Shown here piece by piece: positions 22,402 through 31,800 of a stretch of 64,000 nt of DNA. The position numbers were made by a program, and so were the translations under genes. Under the pieces are notes generated by a model. The model had not been told where the DNA came from. It saw only the letters and a list, made by a program, of their open reading frames with translations, and searched no databases. The stretch's first letter is position 1. Every line of letters begins with the position of its first letter. The stretch is from Novosphingobium sp. SCN 66-18 (GTDB lineage Bacteria > Pseudomonadota > Alphaproteobacteria > Sphingomonadales > Sphingomonadaceae): assembly GCA_001725355.1 (NCBI GenBank), contig MEGD01000038.1:3612-67611 (forward strand). Direction: 5' to 3'.

Positions 22402-23843
22402 ATGTCCACATCCTTTTCGCCGACCGCCTTTCTGGAGGAAGCAACCGCCCTGCTCGGGCCCAAGGGCATCACCACCGATCAGGAGGCCATGGACGGGTGG
22501 CTGACTGACTGGCGCGGTCGCTTCACCGGCCGCGCGCTGGCCATGGCGTCGCCCGGGCGTCGCCCGCCTATACGGACGAGGTGGCGGCCCTGGTCAAGCT
22601 TTGCGCCCGGCATGGCGTGCCGATCGTGCCCCAGGGCGGCAACTCCGGCATGTCCGGCGGGGCAACGCCCGACCGGACCGGCAACGCGCTGTTGCTCACC
22701 CTGCGCCGCATGAACGCCATCCGCGCCGTCGACACCGAAAACCGCACCGCGACCTGCGAAGCCGGCGTCGTGCTGCAGGTCTTGCACGAAGCGGCCGAAA
22801 AGGAAGCCTTGCGCTTTCCGCTCTCGCTGGGCGGCAAGGGTTCGGCGACCGTGGGCGGGCTCATCTCCACCAATGCCGGGGGCACGCAAGTGCTGCGCCA
22901 CGGATCGATGCGCGCGCTGGTGCTGGGGCTGGAAGCGGTGCTGCCCGATGGTTCGGTGTTCGATGCGCTCACCCCGTTGAAAAAGGACAATCGCGGTTTC
23001 GATCTCAAGCAGCTGCTGATCGGATCGGAAGGAACGCTGGGCATCGTTACCGCCGCCACGCTCAAGCTGGAACCGGCGGTTGCGGCCCGGGCGGTGCTGT
23101 GGGCGGGCCTGGAATCGCTCCCGGTCGCGCGTACTCTGCTGCTTCATGCCGAAAGCGTCGCCGGCGGCGCACTGGAAGGCTTCGAGGTTCTGCCGCAGCA
23201 CAGCCTCGATGCGGTGATCGATTACCTGCCGACGGCGCGCGCACCGCTGGCGGAAGCCCATCCCTGGCACGTGCTGATCGAACTGGTTGCCGATGCCGAC
23301 CGTGCGGAAGGCCTGCCCGACCTGGCCGAACGCCTGCTGATCAGCGCGTTCGAGGCGGGGCTGGTCAACGACGCGACGATCGCCGCGAGCGAGACCCAGG
23401 CCGAACAGATGTGGCTGATCCGGGAATCGATCGCGCCGGCGGAGCGCGCGATCGGCCCGGCTGTCCAACACGACATCAGCGTGCCCGTGGAGCGAATGCC
23501 CGAATTCGTCGAAACAGCCGTTCCGCTGATCGAAGCCGCTTGGCCCGGCACCAGCGCGGTGGGTTTCGGCCATCTGGGCGATGGCAACATCCATTTCCAC
23601 GTCCTGGCGCCCGCCGGGGTCGATGCCGCGCAATGGCAGGCAGGCGATGGCAAGGCGATCAGCCGCCAGGTCCACGATCTCGTCACCCAATGGAAGGGGT
23701 CGATTTCGGCCGAACACGGCATCGGGCAACTCAAGCGCGACGAACTGGAGCGGCTGGGCGATCCGGTGGCGTTGCACATGATGCGCGCCATCAAGCAGGC
23801 GCTCGATCCGCAGGGGCTGATGAATCCCGGCAAGCTGATCTGA
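22402..23843 (+). pseudogene. FAD-binding oxidoreductase (D-2-hydroxyacid dehydrogenase type), frameshifted
   Basis: PQGGNSG, GSEGTLG, HLGDGNIH, SAEHGIG, NPGK motifs; N-terminus lies in another frame, joined by an 11-bp tandem duplication at 22545-22566. Confidence 0.8.
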
Positions 23844-23985
23844 AACGGTTCGCCGTGGCCCTTCAAGGGTGTGGATGCGTGGTTACCGGCCTTGCCTCGC
23901 CCCGACGGACCGCTTAAAGCCCCTGTTCCCGCCGGACCCGCGGCCCGCCCGCGCGTTTTCGCGAAAGTTTTTTCGGAGAGACCTC

Positions 23986-24765
23986 ATGGCCAGCGCGCCG
24001 CAAGCCAACCTTCCGTTGTTCTACAATGACCTGATGCCGCTCAACAGCCGCGATCACGCCACCTGGCATGCCCGTGGCGCGAATGCCGCTCCGTGGCTGA
24101 TCGACCAGCATGCCGTGCCGCTGACGGTGGAAGAGTTTCCGCAGGCCGCGCGCCATTTTCCCATCGTGTTCTCGTCGGGCGACAACCCGGTGCCGCTGGC
24201 GCTGATGGGGCTGAACGAAGGCGTCAACGTGTTCGTCGACAGCGAAGGCAAGGTCGAGCAGCCGGTCTATCTGCCGGCCTATGCCCGCCGCTATCCGTTC
24301 CTGCTGGCCAAGCTCGATCCCAGCAGCGAGGAACTGTCGCTGTGCTTCGATCCGTCCTCCGGTCTGATCGGAGAGTTCGAGGAAGGCGACGCGCTGTTCA
24401 ACGGCGATCAGCCTTCGGACGCGACCAAGGCCGCGCTGGAATTCTGCGAACAGTTCGAACAGGCCGGGATGCGCACGCAGGCTTTCATCGATGAATTGAA
24501 GAAGCACAACCTGCTGATGGACGGCGAAGTTTCGATCCAGCAGACCGGTTTGGAGCAGCCGTTCGTCTATCGCGGCTTCCAGATGGTCGATCAGGAAAAG
24601 CTGCGTGAAACCCGTGGCGACGTGCTGCGCGGCTGGGCGCAGAGCGGCCTTCTGCCGCTGCTCTACGCCCATGTCTTCTCGCTCGATCTGATGAGCACGA
24701 TCTTCGGCCTGCAGGCACAGCAGGGCAAGGGGCCGGTTCCGGCGATTCCCGTTCCGGCGGAATGA
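23986..24765 (+). CDS. SapC-family protein
   Basis: VPLTVEEF, PIVF, YLPAYARRYPF; RBS ggag. Confidence 0.85.
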   Translation: MASAPQANLPLFYNDLMPLNSRDHATWHARGANAAPWLIDQHAVPLTVEEFPQAARHFPIVFSSGDNPVPLALMGLNEGVNVFVDSEGKVEQPVYLPAYARRYPFLLAKLDPSSEELSLCFDPSSGLIGEFEEGDALFNGDQPSDATKAALEFCEQFEQAGMRTQAFIDELKKHNLLMDGEVSIQQTGLEQPFVYRGFQMVDQEKLRETRGDVLRGWAQSGLLPLLYAHVFSLDLMSTIFGLQAQQGKGPVPAIPVPAE

Positions 24766-24810
24766 ATCACCAGCCGCAAGCTGGAAACCCGCTTTATTTC
24801 AAGAGTATGA

Positions 24811-24850
24811 ATGCGGTGGCCGGATTAGCGTCCGGCCGCCGCATTTTTTT
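24811..24850 (+). terminator. intrinsic terminator after SapC gene
   Basis: atgcggtggccgga...tccggccgccgcat followed by T run. Confidence 0.8.
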
Positions 24851-24894
24851 GCGCGCAGTCGCCAAAACGCAGCAAAAATTCCAAACGAAACCAC

Positions 24895-24923
24895 TTGCGC
24901 GCCCATGGCGCCTCACCTATCTT
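24895..24923 (+). promoter_or_regulatory. sigma70-like promoter of candidate sRNA
   Basis: TTGCGC-N17-TATCTT. Confidence 0.55.
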
Positions 24924-24928
24924 TAGTA

Positions 24929-25030
24929 CGTCGCATCGGTGCTCCCCTCATGGCCCGGTGTGACTGGTGCACTTTGTGCACCTCCTCCCTGAACCTTGGC
25001 CACCTGGAGCATGTCTCCAGGTGGTTTTTT
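24929..25030 (+). ncRNA. candidate trans-acting sRNA with anti-Shine-Dalgarno motifs
   Basis: Hairpin with CUCCCCUC loop, second hairpin, CCUCCUCCC motif, terminator ccacctggag/ctccaggtgg plus T run, own promoter. Confidence 0.7.
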
Positions 25031-25112
25031 ATGGGGTTTCTGCGAGAGGAGCGCCCGAACCGAGAGCCGGTTGCCCGCTCCGGTTTCCTCCCGGCCCATC
25101 CGCGTCGCTGAT

Positions 25113-26075
25113 CTACTCGGCGGCCGCGCGCCACCTTTCGCGTTGCCGATCGCGGCCCAGTTCGGCCACATCGCCGGCCAGCCGCTGGACCATGCCCACC
25201 AGCAGCGCGATCGTTTCATCCATGCCCGGCCCCGGCTCGCTGAAGCGGGCATCAAGATAGCAGCGCCGGTCGATCTCGATCTGGATGCAGTGGATGCCTT
25301 CCTTGCGCCGCGCATGCCGCTCCAGCACGTAGCCGCCGGCATAAGGCCGGTTGTGCGCCGCCAGCCGGCGCGCCGCCGCGAAGTGCGCGAAGGCCGAAGC
25401 GACCAGCGCACCGGCGCAACTCGCCCCGAACCGGTCGCCCAGCACGAATTCAGGCGCAGGCTCCGCTCCGCAATAGGCCGTCAGCGGCGGCATCGAATGC
25501 AGATCGATGAGCAGCGCCGCTCCCCAGCGGTCACGCGTGTCTTGCAGCGCATCGCCCAGGGCGCTGTGATAGGGTTCGTGGACCAGCGCGATGCGATCGT
25601 CCAGTTCGGCCCGGTCCATCCGCCGCTTCCACAGTTCCCCCAGCCCCGGGAGCCGGCGCGGGATCAGCCCCAGCCCGGTGCGCGCGCGATGGGCAAGGCC
25701 CTGCAGGGCCGAAGAGGCATCGGGCGGGGGGCCGCCAACCATGTCCCAGTCGATGTCGTCGGCCGCGCGATTGAGATCGATCATCGCGCGCGGCGCATGG
25801 GCCACCAACAGCGAGGCACCGGTCTGCCGCGCCACCGCATCGGCCACGAGGTCGACATAGCGGTCTTCCAGGCGCAGCGCGGCGAAAGCCGGGTGGCGCA
25901 TCCGGTCCAGCAAGGTCCGGGCATAGCTGCGCCCGGCGTGCGGCACGGCGATGATGACGGGAATCGCGGACGGCTCCACCAGCCTCAGCGCATAGGCCGG
26001 CACATCCGGGCAGCCGGGCACTGCCCCACCCTGCAGCAGGCGCGAATCGCCCCCTGGATCGCCTTCGTTACGCAT
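25113..26075 (-). CDS. N-formylglutamate amidohydrolase family protein
   Basis: VPHAGRSY, DLNR, DLHSMP, NRPYAGG, QIEIDR; divergent from cpdR; start uncertain. Confidence 0.88.
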   Translation of the reverse strand: MRNEGDPGGDSRLLQGGAVPGCPDVPAYALRLVEPSAIPVIIAVPHAGRSYARTLLDRMRHPAFAALRLEDRYVDLVADAVARQTGASLLVAHAPRAMIDLNRAADDIDWDMVGGPPPDASSALQGLAHRARTGLGLIPRRLPGLGELWKRRMDRAELDDRIALVHEPYHSALGDALQDTRDRWGAALLIDLHSMPPLTAYCGAEPAPEFVLGDRFGASCAGALVASAFAHFAAARRLAAHNRPYAGGYVLERHARRKEGIHCIQIEIDRRCYLDARFSEPGPGMDETIALLVGMVQRLAGDVAELGRDRQRERWRAAAE

Positions 26076-26239
26076 GGAATAACGCTGCAACTGATTCGCG
26101 GCTGTGTCAAAGTCGGCCACCGCGAACAAGGGCGCAGAAACTTAACCCAACCCGGTATATATTCGTTTCCTGCCATGCCTTAAACCAAAACGTTACGACA
26201 TGGCCCGATGAGGCGACCACTCGAATCGCGAAGGTAATC

Positions 26240-26626
26240 ATGATCCGGATTCTACTGGCCGAAGACGAAGAAGCGATGCGCACCTATCTTGCGCGCGCCC
26301 TGGAAAACGCCGGGTACAGCGTGGTTGCGGTCGATCGCGGAACGGAGGCCCTGCCCCTGCTGCGGTCGGAACACTTCGATCTGCTGCTGTCCGACATCGT
26401 CATGCCCGAGATGGACGGCATCGAACTTGCCAAGCATTGCGCCGAGATCAGCCCCGACACGCGGGTTATGTTCATTACGGGCTTTGCCGCCGTCACGCTC
26501 AAGTCCGATCGCGAGGCACCGCAGGCCCGTGTCCTGTCCAAACCGTTCCACCTGCGCGACCTCGTGCTCGAAGTCGAACGGGTCTTCGCCGATGGCGCGC
26601 TGACGGGGGCCGGGCCTTACGCCTGA
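26240..26626 (+). CDS. cpdR: single-domain response regulator CpdR
   Basis: ILLAED, DIVMPEMDGIELA, MFITGFAAV, LSKPFHLRDLV; followed by tRNA-Val. Confidence 0.9.
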   Translation: MIRILLAEDEEAMRTYLARALENAGYSVVAVDRGTEALPLLRSEHFDLLLSDIVMPEMDGIELAKHCAEISPDTRVMFITGFAAVTLKSDREAPQARVLSKPFHLRDLVLEVERVFADGALTGAGPYA

Positions 26627-26747
26627 CAGCCAGCCAGGCGTGCGCACGGGATAGGGAAAAGAGCCTGCAAAAGTCTCTTGCCAGCATTCCCAAGCGCCGC
26701 TAATGGGCTGCCTCCCGCGCCGGAAACGGCCGGGCGCACGATGGTTC

Positions 26748-26822
26748 GGGCGTATAGCTCAGTGGTAGAGCACTATGTTGACATCGTAGGGGTCGCAAGT
26801 TCAATCCTTGCTACGCCCACCA
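26748..26822 (+). tRNA. tRNA-Val(GAC)
   Basis: Acceptor stem GGGCGTA/TACGCCC, anticodon loop TTGACAT, GTTCAAT T-loop, encoded CCA. Confidence 0.97.
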
Positions 26823-26825
26823 TCG

Positions 26826-26864
26826 AAAAAGCCCGCTAAGCCCCTGGCTTGAGCGGGCTTTTTT
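26826..26864 (+). terminator. terminator after tRNA-Val
   Basis: aaaaagcccgct...agcgggcttttt. Confidence 0.8.
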
Positions 26865-26942
26865 CATGGCGATCGCCGACACAAAGCGCCGAATGCCTGC
26901 CCCGCTGCGACTAGCACCACCTGCGGCGGCGCAAGTCTCGTT

Positions 26943-26975
26943 CCCCTCCCGCCTGCGCGCAGGGTTCGGGGTGGG
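26943..26975. repeat. degenerate solo copy of the CCCCTCCC hairpin repeat
   Basis: cccctcccgcctgcgcgcagggttcggggtggg resembles the reverse complement of 34728-34761. Confidence 0.55.
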
Positions 26976-26997
26976 ACACGCCCCAGCGGGCATTTGA

Positions 26998-27048
26998 CCT
27001 CCCGTCGTTTATTATGGCATCATACGTGCCACAATAAACGACGGGAGG
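26998..27048. promoter_or_regulatory. 51-bp palindrome overlapping promoter and RBS of the dehalogenase
   Basis: 22-bp arms cctcccgtcgtttattatggca / tgccacaataaacgacgggagg with one mismatch; TTGACC at 26994. Confidence 0.7.
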
Positions 27049-27053
27049 ATGCC

Positions 27054-27956
27054 ATGGAGATCCTGCGCACGCCGGACGAACGCTTTGCCGGCCTGGATGG
27101 CTTTGATTTTTCGCCGCATTACAGCGAGGTGATCGACGGGCAGGACGGTACGCGCCTGCGAATCCACCATCTCGACGAAGGCCCGCGCGATGCCGCGCCG
27201 GTGCTGCTCATGCATGGCGAGCCGAGCTGGTGTTACCTCTATCGCCGGTTCATCCCCGATCTCGTTGCGCGCGGTCATCGTGTCGTCGCCCCCGACCTCG
27301 TCGGCTTCGGCCGCTCCGACAAGCCCGCGCAGCGCAACGACTATACCTACGAACGCCATGTCCAGTGGATGAGCGACTGGCTGACGCAGCTCGATCTCAC
27401 CGGCATCACCCTGTTCTGCCAGGACTGGGGCGGCCTGATCGGCCTGCGGCTGGTCGCCGCCTTCCCCGATCGCTTCGCCCGCGTGGTGGTCTCAAACACT
27501 GGTCTGCCGGTGGGCACGGGCGCCACCGACGGCTTCCGCGCCTGGCTCGATTTCAGCCAGAACGTGCCGGTCTTTCCGGTCGGCATGATCGTCAACGGCG
27601 GCTGCCACCGCGATCTTTCGCCGGCAGAAATCGCCGCCTACGACGCCCCCTTCCCCGACGAAACCTACAAGGAAGGCGCGCGCCAGTTCCCCACGCTGGT
27701 CCCGATCACGCCCGAACACGGCTCGGTGGCGGAGAACAAGGCGGCCTGGGACGTGCTGGCGCGTTTCGACAAGCCGCTGCTGACCGCATTCGGCGCCGAG
27801 GACGCCATCACGCGCGGCGGCGAACGGCCGTTCATCGATCGCGTTCCCGGCGCGAAGGGGCAGGCGCATACCATCCTGCAGGGCGCGGGCCACTTCCTGC
27901 AGGAAGATGTTCCCGCCGAACTTTGCGCACTCATCGATACACTCATCCGCAGCTGA
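27054..27956 (+). CDS. haloalkane dehalogenase (HLD-I type)
   Basis: [19 protein letters not shown] nucleophile, AYDAPFP, GHFLQED. Confidence 0.9.
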   Translation: MEILRTPDERFAGLDGFDFSPHYSEVIDGQDGTRLRIHHLDEGPRDAAPVLLMHGEPSWCYLYRRFIPDLVARGHRVVAPDLVGFGRSDKPAQRNDYTYERHVQWMSDWLTQLDLTGITLFCQDWGGLIGLRLVAAFPDRFARVVVSNTGLPVGTGATDGFRAWLDFSQNVPVFPVGMIVNGGCHRDLSPAEIAAYDAPFPDETYKEGARQFPTLVPITPEHGSVAENKAAWDVLARFDKPLLTAFGAEDAITRGGERPFIDRVPGAKGQAHTILQGAGHFLQEDVPAELCALIDTLIRS

Positions 27957-27967
27957 GGGAGGCCACC

Positions 27968-28381
27968 ATGGAAGTCGTCAACGCCGTCACCCCCGGCCCC
28001 GAACAGATCGCCGCCTTCTTCGGCAGCGGCGAGGACGGGCCGTTCGTGATGATCAACCTGCTCAAGTTCAAGCCGCACGCCACTTATGCCGATGGCAGTG
28101 AACCCGAACTGTCCGGACGCGAGGCCTATGCCCGCTATGGCGCAGCGGTGCAGGCGTGCCTTGCCGCCGTGGGCGGCCGGCAAGTCTATGCCGGCGCCGT
28201 CACCGGCCTGATGATCGGCGAGGTCGGCGAATTGTGGGACATGGCGGCGCTGGTCGAATACCCCTCGCTCGCCGCGATGATGCGGATGATCCAGTCGCCC
28301 GAATACCAGGCGATCGAGAAGCACCGCCATGCGGGGCTGGCCGGCCAGCTCAATATCCGCACAAAGCAGATGGGCAGATAG
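27968..28381 (+). CDS. DUF1330-like protein
   Basis: MINLLKF, SGREAYARY, LVEYPS, SPEYQ, HRHAGL; RBS ggagg. Confidence 0.8.
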   Translation: MEVVNAVTPGPEQIAAFFGSGEDGPFVMINLLKFKPHATYADGSEPELSGREAYARYGAAVQACLAAVGGRQVYAGAVTGLMIGEVGELWDMAALVEYPSLAAMMRMIQSPEYQAIEKHRHAGLAGQLNIRTKQMGR

Positions 28382-28386
28382 AACGA

Positions 28387-28413
28387 CGGGGGAGGCACGC
28401 GTGCCCTCCCCCC
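28387..28413. terminator. hairpin between convergent genes
   Basis: gggggaggcac/gtgccctccccc. Confidence 0.55.
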
Positions 28414-28417
28414 GCTT

Positions 28418-28978
28418 TCACACCGGCGCGAGCGGCTGGTGCGGCCCGGGCGGCAGGAGGACCTCGATGCTGTCCCCCACGGCGATTTCGCCGCCCGATA
28501 GCACCACGCTCATGACGCCGGCCTTGCGCACGAGTTCCCCGTCCGGCCGGCGATCGAGCACGGCGGCCAGCAGACCCTTCTGGAATGCCTCGATCTGTGC
28601 GCAGGGATTGCGCAGCCCGGTCAGTTCCAGCGCGACATCCGGCCCGATGCGCAAGACGGCGCCCCGGGGCAGTTCAAGCAGCGCGATTCCGGCCGTCACG
28701 ATGTTCTCGCCAAGGTCGGCAGGCCCGACAGCGAAGCCCTTTTCGCGCAGTTCCTCAAACAGTTCCGCATGGATCAGGTGAACCTGCCGCAAGTTGGGCT
28801 GGTCAGGGTTCGCCTTCACGCGGGAGAGGTGCTGGACCTTCTCGCCGGCGTGCGCATCGCCCTCGACACCGATCCCCTGAACGACCTTGATCCGCTCGAA
28901 GGCCTGCTTCGAGAAGCCGTGTTCGCCGGATTTCGCCAGCGAAACCACGCGGGCCGGTGCGGATCGCGTCTTGTCCAT
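28418..28978 (-). CDS. MOSC-domain protein
   Basis: GVEGDAH, RQVHLI, LGENI, RNPC, RKAGVM. Confidence 0.88.
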   Translation of the reverse strand: MDKTRSAPARVVSLAKSGEHGFSKQAFERIKVVQGIGVEGDAHAGEKVQHLSRVKANPDQPNLRQVHLIHAELFEELREKGFAVGPADLGENIVTAGIALLELPRGAVLRIGPDVALELTGLRNPCAQIEAFQKGLLAAVLDRRPDGELVRKAGVMSVVLSGGEIAVGDSIEVLLPPGPHQPLAPV

Positions 28979-29036
28979 ATCCGCAACGGCTATCGCGCGC
29001 AGCGGCCCGAAGCAACGGAAACCCGTGTCCGTTGGC

Positions 29037-30125
29037 TTATCTGACCGGCCATGTGCGCAGCTCCATGCCCTTGCCCCCCGCCGGCAGGCTGAACACCATG
29101 CCGTCCTCGCCCACCGTGATCGTGCCGTCGAACTTCTGGCGCGCGTTGCCGAGATAGGCGGGATACATCGCGCGCGAGGGCAATTGCGGCACGTTGTGGC
29201 TGAACACCAGGTTCTTCACGCCCGCCTGCTGCGCCTCGGCGGCCGCAGCGTCCGGCGAGGTGTGATAGCCCGGAATATCGCTCATGATCTTTGCGAGGCC
29301 CGGTTGCCCGCGCTTGCGCAGCGTCTGCTCCATCAGGCCAACCAAGCGGGGTTGCAACCCTTCGTGCACCAGCAGGTCCGCGCCGCGCGCGTTGCGCACC
29401 AGCAGCGGCGTGGGGGCGGTATCGCCGCTGAACACGATCGAGCGGCCCTTGTAGTCGAAGCGATAGCCCACCGCCGGGTCGACCGGGCCGTGATCCACGC
29501 GGAACGCGGTCACCGTCAGCCCGTCGCGCTGGAAGACGGTGACCGGCGTGCCATCCCCCTTTGGCGGCAGCGCGAACGGATAGGCCGTACCGCCCCTGCC
29601 CGATGGCGGGGCGATGGCCGGACCGTGGTGCGCGGTGCGATAGCCCCCGTCGATCGCATAGGCCTCGTTGACGCCGGCCACGACGCGCTCGGTTCCCGCC
29701 GGCCCGTAGATCGGCAGCGGCACGGTGGCGTTCGCCCCGGTCCAGCGCAGCAGCATCATCGGCCCCAGCCCGTCGATATGGTCGGAATGGAGATGCGTGA
29801 GGAACACCGCTTCGACATGCCCATTGGGAATGCGCATCAAGGTCATGTTGCGCGCGCCGCCTTCACCCGCATCGACGACGAAGACATGCTTGCCGGCGAT
29901 CACCACGCTGCACGGCCCAGCGCGGGTGGGATTGGGCAGCGGAGAACCGGAGCCGCACAAGGCCACATGCAGCCCCTCGGGCAGTTCCTGCGTCGCATCC
30001 ACGCCGGCGCGCGCATCGATCGCCAGCCGCGCCATCGCCAGTCCGATCGGCGCCGGAAATGCCGCCAGCGCCAGCACGCCGGCCAGCACCGCTCCACCAA
30101 GGCCCCACTTCACCGCCGCGTGCAT
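29037..30125 (-). CDS. MBL-fold hydrolase, RNase Z/AtsA-like, with N-terminal membrane anchor or signal
   Basis: GSGSP, THLHSDH, SGDT, HE, YHT motifs; RBS ggag. Confidence 0.85.
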   Translation of the reverse strand: MHAAVKWGLGGAVLAGVLALAAFPAPIGLAMARLAIDARAGVDATQELPEGLHVALCGSGSPLPNPTRAGPCSVVIAGKHVFVVDAGEGGARNMTLMRIPNGHVEAVFLTHLHSDHIDGLGPMMLLRWTGANATVPLPIYGPAGTERVVAGVNEAYAIDGGYRTAHHGPAIAPPSGRGGTAYPFALPPKGDGTPVTVFQRDGLTVTAFRVDHGPVDPAVGYRFDYKGRSIVFSGDTAPTPLLVRNARGADLLVHEGLQPRLVGLMEQTLRKRGQPGLAKIMSDIPGYHTSPDAAAAEAQQAGVKNLVFSHNVPQLPSRAMYPAYLGNARQKFDGTITVGEDGMVFSLPAGGKGMELRTWPVR

Positions 30126-30165
30126 CCGGGTTCTCCCTTCCTGTTTTACGGAAGGATACGCGATA

Positions 30166-30188
30166 TTATGGCATTTACAATGCCGATA
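30166..30188. promoter_or_regulatory. candidate operator TGGCA-N7-TGCC in divergent promoter
   Basis: ttatggcatttacaatgccgata matches the core at 27012-27034. Confidence 0.55.
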
Positions 30189-30242
30189 TATTGCCACACG
30201 CCCGGAACGTGGTAGTCTGGCGCAAACAGTGGGGAGAATGTC

Positions 30243-30626
30243 ATGAAAAATGCCATGCGCGTGATCGCCGGCCTGCTCGGCCTGTTCAATGTGGCGATCG
30301 GCCTCGGTTTCCTGCTCGATCCGGCTATCGCGGGCCAGCGCTTCTTTCTGGCCTCGCTCGGGACGCAGGGAATGGCCACGCTGCGCGCCGATTTCACCGC
30401 GCTGTTCGTGGGCATGGGCCTGTTCGCGCTCGCCGGCGCCTGGAAAGCCAGCCGCGCGCTCGTGCTGGTGCCGGTCGTGCTGTTGCCGCTGGCGCTGATC
30501 GGGCGCGGCGTCAGCCTGATCGCCGATGGCGCGCCGGCAACGGCCTTTCCGCCGATGATCGTGGAAGCGGCGATGATCGCGATCCTGGTGCTTGCGGCGC
30601 GCAGTTTCGACGAGAAGCGGGGCTGA
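30243..30626 (+). CDS. four-helix membrane protein (DUF4345-like)
   Basis: Hydrophobic helices, TLRADF, GR motif; RBS gggag. Confidence 0.7.
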   Translation: MKNAMRVIAGLLGLFNVAIGLGFLLDPAIAGQRFFLASLGTQGMATLRADFTALFVGMGLFALAGAWKASRALVLVPVVLLPLALIGRGVSLIADGAPATAFPPMIVEAAMIAILVLAARSFDEKRG

Positions 30627-30762
30627 GCCGCTCCGCGCCTGCGCCCGCGGTGCTTGGCCCCTCCACGCTTGACCGTTGCAATCGATCGCGGGCTTGGTAG
30701 GGCGCAAAACGGAAATTCAGGCGCATACTGGACATACGGGATTGCCACAGAAACAGGCCACC

Positions 30763-31344
30763 ATGGACACCGCCGCGACGGACGGACGCCGCAAGCGTTC
30801 GGAAACCAGCCGTCAGCGCATTGTCGAGGCAATGATCGCGCTGGTGGGCGAAGGGCATATGAGCCCCGGCGCGGAACAGGTGGCGACGCGGGCGGGCGTG
30901 GGCCTGCGCACCGTGTTTCGCCATTTTGCCGACATGGACAGCCTCTACGCCTCGATGGCGCTCCGGCTGGAGCGCGAATACGAGGACTGGCTCGATCCGT
31001 TCGAGGGGCCGGACTGGCGCGCCAAGCTGGCGGAAATGATCGAGCGCCGGCTCGGCACCTATGAAAAGCTGATGCCCTACAAGCGCGCGGCCGATGGCCA
31101 CCGCCATTCGCTGCCCACGATCCAGCGCAACTACGGGCAGCGGCTGGCGATGATGCGCGAACGGCTGGTCGCGATCATGCCGCCCGCGATCGCCGAGGAC
31201 CCGATCCTGCTGGAAACGATGGACCTCCTGCTCAGCTTTGAAACCTGGCAACGCCTGCGGCTGGACCAGCACCTGCCCCCGCCCCAGGCGCGCGCGGTGA
31301 TCGAAAGCGCGGTGGCGCGGCTGACCGAAGCGGTCAGTCCCTGA
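30763..31344 (+). CDS. TetR/AcrR-family regulator
   Basis: DGRR, VATRAGVGLRTVFRHF helix-turn-helix. Confidence 0.9.
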   Translation: MDTAATDGRRKRSETSRQRIVEAMIALVGEGHMSPGAEQVATRAGVGLRTVFRHFADMDSLYASMALRLEREYEDWLDPFEGPDWRAKLAEMIERRLGTYEKLMPYKRAADGHRHSLPTIQRNYGQRLAMMRERLVAIMPPAIAEDPILLETMDLLLSFETWQRLRLDQHLPPPQARAVIESAVARLTEAVSP

Positions 31345-31789
31345 CCGCGCGGCGCAGCCCGGCGGCGAGTTCGTCGAGCGTCTGCGCCATTTGCCCCAGC
31401 CGCGCATGGTCGATGCCGATCGCCTCGCCGATCTGCGGCGGCACGCAGGCGATATCGACCGCCAGCGCCTTGCCCGCTTCGCTGAGGCTTACGCGCACCA
31501 CGCGCTCGTCGCGCGTATCGCGCCGGCGCTCTACCAGGCCCGCCGCTTCCAGCCGCTTGATCATTGGGGTCAGCGTGTTCGATTCCAGGAACAGCGCGTC
31601 GCCCAGTTCGCTCACCGTCTGCCCGTCGCGCTGCCGCAACGCCACCAGCACCAGGTATTGCGGATAGGTCAGCCCGAACCGATCGAGCACCTGCTTGTAC
31701 AGGCGGTTGAACGCCAGCCCCGCCGCATAGACGGAAAAGCACAAGTAGCCTTCGAACGGGCCAGCGGCGGTCTGGGAAGCGTCTGTCAT
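31334..31789 (-). CDS. ohrR: OhrR (MarR-family) regulator
   Basis: LCFSVY redox Cys, LTYPQYLVL, RDTRDER; divergent from ohr. Confidence 0.9.
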   Translation of the reverse strand: MTDASQTAAGPFEGYLCFSVYAAGLAFNRLYKQVLDRFGLTYPQYLVLVALRQRDGQTVSELGDALFLESNTLTPMIKRLEAAGLVERRRDTRDERVVRVSLSEAGKALAVDIACVPPQIGEAIGIDHARLGQMAQTLDELAAGLRRAVRD

Positions 31790-31800
31790 TTCCGGAATAT

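Noticed and set aside
26748-31344. Possible genomic island integrated at tRNA-Val
   Set aside because: No integrase, no repeat of the tRNA 3' end seen, and codon usage resembles the core genes.
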